Shown here in pieces: positions 54,572-64,000 of a stretch of DNA of 64,000 nt. Below the pieces are notes generated by a model. That model saw nothing but the letters and a program-made list of their open reading frames with translations. It had not been told where the DNA came from and did no database searches. A program made the translations under genes and the position numbers. The DNA comes from Dimorphilus gyrociliatus (Eukaryota; Animalia; Annelida), in assembly GCA_904063045.1 (NCBI GenBank), contig CAJFCJ010000006.1, positions 2,532,946 through 2,596,945 on the forward strand, written 5' to 3'. Position 1 is the first letter of the stretch. Every line of letters starts with the position of its first letter.

Positions 54572-55855
54572 AATTATTGTTCCCAAAAAAGAGACAAAAT
54601 ACTAAATATTTACTTGATAAATGCAAAATGAATTTTTTTTGTATATATAGTATATAGCATATAGTACATAACAAATACAAGTACTGTTTTATATTTTCAA
54701 ACACTAGATGGCAGCTTTAGTACTGTTCTAAGCAAAACAAAGCCGGCTTATACTTTAGACGTTTAAATGGCTGTTTATGTTGTAATTGGTAAGTAGAAAT
54801 TATTTTATGGTATTAAAGACCATGATAGTTATTTATACTTAATACTCTATTTGATAAAGTAAAGCAATGAGTATAAATATACCTGTCGAAAGGTTAAATT
54901 CTGAGGGGATTATTAATTTCGCAACAATAAAATAATGTATTACCGCTTAGGGATAATAGCGACAGTAGTGTAGTAAATGGAAGTATAATCTATTTAACCG
55001 TTCAAAGCTTCCATATAACGTACTCTAAATGATACATTATTAGATATGTAGAGCGATTAATAATCTTTTGTAGGCCTACATCTGGGAATTTCACCCTGTG
55101 TATATACTGCTTATTCATGATCAGAATAATAAATAGAAAGAACGGGAGAAAGAGAGAAAGAGAAAGAGTAGGGAGGTAGATAGGCTTCATTTTTTCCTTG
55201 TTATTCTGTTTTTATTCTATTAAAAACCTAATGAAATTATATTTTTCAAGCACATAACGAAAAGAAAAAGAAAAGAGAATATTTTTACTAAAAAGTTGTT
55301 TTTTAATTAAAAAAAAGAATGAAAACTCTTGAATAAATAATTTTTTAAACTATTAAAGAAAGAAATAGACGTTAAAAATATAGTTTTTTCATATTATTAT
55401 TATCCTATTTTCATAGTTTTGGCTAGTTGCAGAACATCTGGACATATGGTGGCTTCTGTTAAATATTTCGTTTTCTTATTAGTCATGAAAAGAGAATGAA
55501 ATTCATTTGCAATTTTTTCTTTATAGTAATTAAGAGACGGGGGAGAAAATATTTTATTTAAATTCGCTTTAATATAAAAACTTTAATAACGAATCAGTCA
55601 TTTTACTATTAGAAAGAGAAAGAGTGACCGAGTAGAGAGAGAGAGAGGGCGAATGTATAAGTGTAGGAGCGAATATGAGAGAGATTGAGAGGTTTTAGTT
55701 CGATTTTCTTTCGTTTTAAAATAATAATCTATACTCTTTTTTATTGTAGTCAGAGCTTAATTTCTTCATGTACTGACAAACATCTATATTTTTGATATAG
55801 GCCTTTAAAAAGAGTGGGGAGAGGCTCGTAAAAATTTTGTACACTAACAATAAGA

Positions 55856-56494
55856 ATGGCCAACAATACAAACTCTACAAATACCGAATCAGTTGAACTT
55901 GATAATGTTACCAATGGCGGAAATGGAAAATATTTTATGACAGGAACAATAAGAAGAGGAAAAGAGGCTGGTTTAGTCGAAGTTCAAATTGAGCTATCAG
56001 AAAAGGACATAACTAGAATTCAGGATAATTTAAATAGTGATAAAAGAGATAATATTAAAGGATTTCAATGCCAACGAAGTTATGGCATACATATTCTTAT
56101 ATTAACATTGCTATTTACACCGTTTGCCTTCATTATTGGAATTTGTACAAACTTTTACTACGGTACAATATGTTGGTATAACATATATTTAATCTATAAT
56201 GAGAACGAATCGATATGGAAGAAATTATTATTTTGCCCAGTCCTTGTTATATTCTATCCGCTAATAATAACCTGTCATTGTTTAGTTATTGGTTTCTACT
56301 ATACAATTAAACAGGTAAAATTGAATAGCGAAGACTGGAATACTGAAATGAAAGATATCGATAAAGGTTCTTTACCATTTTACTGTGACTTATTAGGATA
56401 TCCCGAATGTAGTCCCTACGACCTCATTACCCTAGCAGAAGGATCTAGTTCACCTGAACCAGATTTTAGATCATCAATAAGTACCAACGAATAA
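55856..56494 (+). CDS. TMEM169: Transmembrane protein 169
   Basis: MTGTIRRGK..VEVQIELSE, GIHILIL..FYYGTICWYNIYLIYNE..WKK..CP.L..FYP, DIDKG..CSPY match TMEM169. Confidence 0.92.
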   Translation: MANNTNSTNTESVELDNVTNGGNGKYFMTGTIRRGKEAGLVEVQIELSEKDITRIQDNLNSDKRDNIKGFQCQRSYGIHILILTLLFTPFAFIIGICTNFYYGTICWYNIYLIYNENESIWKKLLFCPVLVIFYPLIITCHCLVIGFYYTIKQVKLNSEDWNTEMKDIDKGSLPFYCDLLGYPECSPYDLITLAEGSSSPEPDFRSSISTNE

Positions 56495-56772
56495 AACTTA
56501 TACTCTCTTTTTACCGGTGCTGTTTACCTTCTTATTCTTCTTTCGTTTTTCCGAAGTATACACTTTAAATTTTATATTTTTCATTCTCTTTCTTACTATA
56601 AATATACGAAAACAGAATGTGATAATATACAGGATATTATGTTTTTATATCTATCTATCTATCTATCTAAATGTACACTTGTGTATTATAAAGTATATAT
56701 ACATATATATAAATTTTTATTAAAATACAAAAGAATACTTGTTATTTAGCGTTTGAAAGACAAACTAATTTG

Positions 56773-59700
56773 TTAAACGGGTGGAGAAATATTTGTATTC
56801 GGAGCGTAAGGTGATAAAAGTTTTCTTGTATGTATTCGGAATCTTTTATTTGCCTCGTCCTGTCTCTCATCTAAGATGTATCGTGCGTAATCTCGATTCT
56901 CCTCCGTTTCCGGTATTGTCAATAAGGGCTTGTGGTCGATTGGTAAACGGCTATGCGATTGGCTGCTCGTTGCTAATACCTAATGAAAACAGATACAATT
57001 TGATACTCATCTTGTAAAAATAAACCCATTTTCTTTTACTATTACCTTAACTTTTTGGCTTCGACTAGGTGACGTCATTGGTCTTTGAGTAGGGGAGTTT
57101 TCGTTATTTTCTAAAGGAGTTTGATGCCAAGTTTTTGCTCTAGATAAAGTTTCACGATATTCAACGTCGAGGCGTTTTTTGCTATAATAAAAACAATTAA
57201 TTCTTTTAATTTTAATTATGAATAAATTTGAATATTGATTAGTTATATATCCAATAATAAGCTTCAGTAATTAGTACAATAAGGGGTGACAGTTGACATG
57301 CATAACAAAGCTAATCAAGCTAATAATGATTATGGAATATTTTGAGATTTCATGCTAAACTCACTGCAGAGCTCGTAAGTTCCTTTGACCTATGAAAATC
57401 CTCTTTTAATAAGATAATGGAATTCTATTTATCAATTTTTAAACGACTTTTGAGGATATCTTTGGTTTTTTTACACGTTTTTTTAATTTCTTTAAATCAA
57501 TGAACTTTCAATGATAAATTAGAAAAGTAAATATTTTATGGATATTTGAGAAGAGAAGAAGAAGAAGGAGAAAGAGAATAAAAAAAATAGATATATAGTT
57601 ACCGAAATGCCAATTTTATTTTCTCCTTCATTTCCTCGCTATTTTCCAAAACGCTGAGCCATGGGGTTGCCATTCTCATCTGATTTCTGGGTAGAATCAA
57701 CGGAGTGAGTGAAGGAAGACAAATATCATTGGTTGGGGAATGCTTTCTTAAGTGATGACCTCCTAGTAGATTAACATCCAATTTCCTTAGGAGGAGAGGA
57801 CTCTTTCCATTAGATAATGAAATAAATAATTGTAAGGTTGCATTTAACAATCGTTTATGCTTAAGCGTCGCGTGAAAATGTAATAGGGACGATATTTGGT
57901 GAAAGCCCATAACAGATAGGACAACTCTTGCAGATGGTTTCCTCCAAACTGCTGCTACAGTGGCATCAGTTACATAAAGTTGAATGTCCGTTGAATGTTT
58001 AGTTATAGCCAGCTGTTTCGTGTTAATTTTATAGATATATCTTATCAAAATTTCATTTAATCAAGATAAAAGAAAACCTTACCAAGTCGATAATATGAGA
58101 AATGCTATCTTGAGTAGCAGGAAAAAGCTCGTAGAGTGCTCGACATAATTTTGGACTATTTCTTATGTCGAGACAAGCTCTTAGAGCATCATATACCGGA
58201 AGCAATAAAACTTCGTTATCGTTGTAAGGAAATACAACAAATGGTTCGGAGAGAACGCCGTCTTTGGCCTGAAAACGAAAACCTAAAGATCTGAGTATGA
58301 GAAGAGCTTGAACGTTCGAGGCAAGATTGTCATTTAACATTATAGTCTGACTAATCGGCATATGATTATTTAGACGTTTTATCGACATATCGAGCTGTTA
58401 GAAATAAAGTTAATAATCATAATTAATAAGATAAAAGATTAAACTATAAATTAGTCTAACCAAATCAACAAGATGTGGTAAGACTTCCGGTTGTTGATCA
58501 TTTCGAACCAAAAGCGATGATAAATTATTCATAAGCTCCTCTAGAATATATTCTCTGCTTTTCTCTATTACAAGTAAATTATATATTAAATAAACAAAAC
58601 ACTTTAAATCTTATCTTATACTCCACCAGTTGGCGTTAGCGGTGACGGATTTAACGGATCCCAATTATATTCTTCTTTAAATTTATCTTCAGCCTTATCA
58701 ATTAATTGATCTAATTGGCAATGCTTTATTTCTTGTAGGTTAACAAAAGCATCTTTTCCTAATAGAATAAACGAGGCCCAATTTGATTTTCCTTCAAATC
58801 TGATAAATAATTTATAACCTTTCATTTTTAATTTAAAGAAATGTTAATTAAATAAAATCTAACCCTTCTAATTTACTAATTTTATCAGAAGCAGTTCTAA
58901 TCGCATCGCTAACCAAGCAACCTTTTAACAATACCGTATAGAATTCTTTATAGAATAACAATAAGACTTCATTCGGAATTGGCCAAAGTGATGTTACAAC
59001 GCACTGTGCTCCTGCACTTAAGAATGAACAAGCTAAATTAAAATTTGGTTCAATTTCATCTCTTCTTCTTTCGCTCCAAGCGGAACTGAGGACAACTAGA
59101 CTGCAATTGCAAGGCATCGATGCAATGTCGTCAGTTGTTACGATATATGAATTCTTTTGTAGAGGTTGTTCGTGGGTCAATTCGGGATCTGGTGAGAATA
59201 CCAGTAAACCTTCGGAATTGCATCCTAAAGTTGCTGTCAATAGAGAAATCATTAATCGATTAATAAAAAAAAGGCAATTTATTTTCTATTCCTTACAGAT
59301 ATGTAGTATTGTACTATTTCTCATACAGTAGAAGAACATAGCTCTGTTAGCTTCCGCTCCAACCCAGGGTTTTACTGCTAATAAATCGGAAACTGCAAAA
59401 CATTCTTTTTGCATAGCTTTTGTACAAGAGTTTAATTTCATTTTCTTTTCGTACAGTATTACTTCACCAATTTTTGGACAGCCTATCACGTGACACTTAT
59501 CTTGTTGACTTATTTGTTTAAATTCCGGAATTTGTACATCTGAAGTAACTATATCAGTGTTTGTATGGGTTTTTAGTGTCAAAGTATTTAATGTGTTTAT
59601 GCCAGTTATTCTCTCAATTGGAAGGACACTTCTAACAAGACTAATGGCAGTAGATTCTCTAGAAAGGGATTGTTTGCCAGACCTTCCCCCAGCTCTAGAT

Positions 59701-62581
59701 GTCAATAATCTAGGATTCGATGTTTGCCTCAGGTTCATCGTGGGGGTAGATGCCATTAGTGTATCATTTAAATTTCTTTTCGCTGTTTTTGTAATATGTT
59801 TTATGCATCCTCCGTCCCTTGCCTTTTTCCTATTCCACTTTAGCTCATCCTTTACAGCGGCTATTTCTAAGTCAGAGTAGATTGTTCTCTCTAAGAAAGC
59901 TAAACTGGGAAGTAAGGTAATGTTATATTTCTTTCCAAGTCTTTCGTTCTTAACATTCTCTAAAAACGTCCATGGAACATGATATAATATTGATTCTGGA
60001 ATAATGACTAGAGAGGTTATATCTTCTAACATATAAACAATAGGAGATATGAGAAGATCGTAAAGTTCCCTCAAGGCTGGTTTCTTTCGTAATTGTTCGT
60101 ATTCTTTTCTGATATGCTCTAAAGATGATTTTACAATTAATTCCGATTCGACTTGAGCATATTTAACAATTCTTTCATCAATCTTCTTTTTCTTTTTTCT
60201 CTTCTTTAATCTTTTCTTTTCAACTAGGATCTCGCAACTAGACGTTGAATCTTTCCTATCCGATTCTGAATTATACGAAACCTTTTTACCATCAATCGTA
60301 AAGCTAAGGGGAAACGTTTGTTGAATTAGGATGTCGGCACTATTCAATTCATTCCTAAAAAACTCTTCAGAGGCTATTGAACTTGTTCTATTAGTTATTA
60401 AGGAAGACTTTCTACTTTCTGTTGTCAGCTTCTTTTCATTCAATTTTCCGAATTGTTCTCGAATGTAAGTCAAATCTGCATCCTTTCTAGGCAGACTACG
60501 ATTTTCAACAGTGTAAGAATTATTTCTTTTTACACCGTCGTTCTTTATTTCATTGATTAAATTAAGTAGTCTCGTCGACATAGTCTCCTTCTCATAGGAT
60601 TTTCTAGAAAAGAACTTTACGAGACCCTTCCTCGGTTGTAAGATCCAAAGGTAATACTCATTTTCTCTAATGGTATAAAAGAGAATTGTAGATTTTTGCA
60701 GATTAACAGCCCTTTGAATTCGTTCGAAATTCCATTGAATTCCCATAGCTGGTAGTATCGGATTAGAAGGTTGTGCCCTTTGTAATTCTGCAGAGCAGAG
60801 AGCTTCCTCGAAACTACATAGCTTGTTAAGAACATCCAATTGACAGGCAAAACAGGTATTTAATTCCATGCGTAATTCTTCCGGACAAAAGGTTCTTTCT
60901 ACTTGATGTTGTTTAATCTTACTCTCGAGGATGGGTATAATATTTGAAAATAAAGAACGAGCCCTGTCTAAATCATTCGCCGAACGGCTTGAAGCTAGAA
61001 TACATGCAGATTTAACGTCGCAAGCTAACATTATATCTTGCATATCTTCTACTTTTGTAAAATCAGCAGAAGAGGCTCTATCCAGATGGAAGAGTGCTCT
61101 TTCATTCTTTCCATTTTCAGCGTATACCTTACCTATAATAAATATACAAGATAATATAATATAAACAAAAAAAAACTATCCATTGTATATTTATTTATCT
61201 TAATATAATTTTACCAATTTTATAGGCTGATATCACGCTATTTCTACCCTTTTTCGACATCATTTGATAACATTCAACAGCTTTATCGACGTCTTTCAAT
61301 TGGGCATAAGCGTCTCCAAGACTTTCGTAAATATCTGATTTTTCAGTGTCAGAAACGAAATTTAATAGAATTTCCAATTGTTCCAAGTAGACCAAAGCTA
61401 AATTTGGATGGTTTAATGAAGCATAAACGCTTGCAAGACAAGAGTAGCCTGTTAAAAAGTTATATAGATAAATTATGCTAATTAATATTTATTAGTTTTC
61501 ATCAACCTCGAGATAGCTGGTTCGGAATTCTTTTACATGATCTTAAATAGGTTTTGAAATGCTCCAGGGCATTGATTAAATCTCCATTGAGACTGCAAAT
61601 TATACCAAGGTTTAAATGACTTTTGGCTTCTTCAATATTACCGTGTTTTTCTGCTAATACCATATAGAGTTTGGCATGATGTTTGGCTTTATCTAGTAAA
61701 CCAACAGCTTTATAGGCCAACGACAAATTTAGATGAAGCGCACAAACGAATTTTGGATCATGATCCTGTTCCAAATCCGCTAATTTCTCATAAGCGACTA
61801 TAGCTTTGTGAGTAAATCCAAGTTCTAAGAATATGGAGGCTGACCCTATTAAGGATTTACTTTGATAATTTTCATCATGGCACGATAGTGCAACAGCTTC
61901 ACAATGTTCGTAAATTTCAACTGCAGCCGTTAAATCACCTAATTTCGCTTTTAAATTAGCCAAGGTTAATAGAATTCTCATTCGTATTCCAATAGTAGGA
62001 CTATTAACTTGTAAATTGTTGGCTACTTCCAGGATAGCCTGAGCTTCTTGAATATATTTACTTTTAGCTAAAATACAACCAACTTCTGCAAGTCTGGCTG
62101 GCGCTTCTAAACTTAATAATACTTCATCGTCAACTAATTTTGAAACAAGATTAGCCAGTGATAAGGATAAAGAATCAATATTTTGAAACCCATTTTCTAA
62201 AGATATTGTAAAGTATGATAAACTCTTCTCATAATCGTCCAAGTGAAAATTTATAATCCCTTTCAAATAATAACATTTTGGATTTAATTTCTGAACTTTT
62301 AATACTTTGTCTAAATCTTCATCAGCCTCTCTATATAGACCTAATTGGACATTACAAGCAGCTCTAGAGTAGATTATTTCAACATTATTTTCATCAATTT
62401 CTAAAGCTTCGTTAAATTTATCTGATGCAAGTTTAAAATCTCCCTTTAGAAAGGCTTTTTCACCCTTTGATTTAAGCTTTTTAACGGTTTTAATTTCTTC
62501 TGCTTCGGATAATATTGAAGTAACTTCTGCAGTGTGTGGAAGCGACATTGATGAAAGTTTATGGGAAAGTTGAAAATCCAT
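56773..62581 (-). CDS. TTC28: TTC28-like TPR plus CHAT-domain protein
   Basis: N-terminal TPRs (GEKAFLKGDF.LA..FNEAL; HLNLGIIC..GDL..ALEHF); CHAT-like LRELYDLLISPI..LVIIP...LYHVPW, CSLVVLSS..LACSFLSAGAQCVVTSLWP..W..F.LLG; TTC28-type distal block (AL.ILR.LGFRFQ). Last exon stops at 56773; the start may extend to 62702 via a micro first exon. Confidence 0.82.
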
Positions 62582-62696
62582 TTCATTTAAAAATTTCTTT
62601 AAATATTTTAGTTGAATGACATTGAATATCCAGTTGTTAATACATTTTTTTTCATGTATCCAAAGTTTGTTTATATTTCACCGCCATGGCAAAAAA

Positions 62697-62705
62697 CGCC
62701 ATCTT
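62697..62705 (-). promoter_or_regulatory. YY1-type motif (AAGATGGCG) about 120 nt upstream of the TTC28 ATG
   Basis: Plus strand cgccatctt, a full consensus match in AT-rich DNA; a second ccgccat lies at 62681. Confidence 0.45.
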
Positions 62706-63780
62706 TTATTGGTATGACTAAATCGTAAAGCATATAACTACTTACACCTAAGGGAATACTAATTATTGAACGCCTGTTAAAAACTAATAGTTTGTTAAAT
62801 ATGTAATACTAACGCTGTTTTATTATTATTCATTAATATATTTATTAAAGTTTGAGTAGTTTTAGATTACTTCTTGGAAAATTTAATTAAGCTTAATAAG
62901 CGTTTTATAGAAACAAACAAGGATTTTAGTTTTAGAAACTGTAGTTTATATAAAGAAAATGTTCTTTTTAAATAATTGATATTATATTTCTTAATTACTC
63001 TTGGGATAATAAAGAGAAGAAAAGGGGAAGAGAAAGTAGAGAAAGATCAGGATATATTAATAATAATTAGACGAAAGATTGTCTCCCACCTCCTTCTCCT
63101 CCTCTCCCTTTCTGTGTGTGTCTTTGTGCCCCCTCTTTCTCTTAATAAAGTTATTCTTGAATGATAAATCTTTATAATAGCTAATAGTAATTAATCCCAA
63201 AATTTTACAAGATTAGTCAATAATATAAACCCACGTGTCCATTAACACCATTATTTAAACTCATATAAGAATTTAAGATTACTTCAAAAACAACGTTAGG
63301 ATGTAATAGTGATAAGTGATATTACACTAAGGGGAATTATTTATATAGCTTTCAGGAATAAACGAATAAGATATCTTTCTCTTTATTCAACTCCTTCCTC
63401 CATTTTGCCTATCATATTTTTTCAACATATTTTTTATTAAGTACAATTCTTATTTACTGAATTTTAAATCCGGTTGAATAAATATTTATAATGAATATTT
63501 ATAATCTATAAATATTTAAACGGAATGTAAAAATATCTGTTATTTACTATTTAATTTAACATCTATTTACATTTTTCCTACACAAAAATCGATTAATTAG
63601 TATTTTATGTGATATTATGGATTGAAATTCAATATTTAAATGTGCACGCAAGAACCAGTTTTTTTCATTGGTTTATCGAAATGAAATCTGGTTCCTGTCA
63701 ACTATTTTTAATAATGATTTTCATTAAATAAGCAATATTATTTAAGAACCTCTTTTCTAACAGCTGTTACCGAATACTAT

Positions 63781-63792
63781 TGCGCATGCGCC
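63781..63792. promoter_or_regulatory. NRF1/Ewg-like element TGCGCATGCGCC, possible promoter of a gene beyond the window
   Basis: 11/12 match to TGCGCATGCGCA; a GC-rich island in an otherwise very AT-rich stretch. Confidence 0.35.
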
Positions 63793-64000
63793 AGAATCAA
63801 CGTGTATTTTTTTTTATTCAATTTATAATAGTGTACAGATGTAGATATTCGTATACCAATGCATAAAAAGATGACTTAAAAAAGGATACAGTTGATATTA
63901 ATTATATACTCGGATATAGTCTCAAAAACATCATTCATTCCATTGCGAAAGAATTTGTATTAAAAATACATTGAAATTAAGACTTTTTTACTTGCATTTA

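Noticed and set aside
55100-55700. GA-rich tracts upstream of TMEM169 and the CT-rich tract at ~63080-63150 as defined elements
   Set aside because: Low-complexity sequence; GAGA-factor or H-DNA roles cannot be supported from sequence alone.

Overview
Eukaryotic (metazoan) window, strongly AT-rich and very compact: about 25 protein-coding genes and 2 tRNA genes in 64 kb, with mostly 50-70 nt GT-AG introns and start codons as little as 88 nt apart. The organism cannot be fixed from sequence; the gene set and compaction suggest a miniaturised invertebrate genome, possibly lophotrochozoan (inference only). The ORF track fragments spliced genes, sometimes uses non-ATG starts, and misses or barely touches several genes I assembled by hand (TUSC2, LYRM2, MRPL42, a DSL ligand). 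In order: SUV420H/KMT5, ZNF318-like, MLK kinase, TUSC2, a CCCH-WWE (ZAP/PARP12-like) protein with no PARP domain, a tail-anchored protein with two degenerate subtilisin (S8) domains, 2x tRNA-Val(TAC), LYRM2, SLC35D-like, CRYM, a minimal DSL/EGF Notch ligand, MRPL42, PLAA, RBM41, an orphan type I membrane protein, UBIAD1, HAP40/F8A1, a C2H2 zinc-finger protein, REV1, a coiled-coil/UBZ-like protein, ORC1, a divergent PRD-class homeobox, NCBP2AS2, a FASTK/RAP protein, TMEM169 and TTC28-like. No transposon, CRISPR array or rRNA was recognised. The best novelty candidate is the tandem pseudo-subtilase at 21762-25107, followed by the PARP-less ZAP-like gene and the one-EGF DSL ligand. All family calls come from recalled motifs, not database searches, and exon models are manual.
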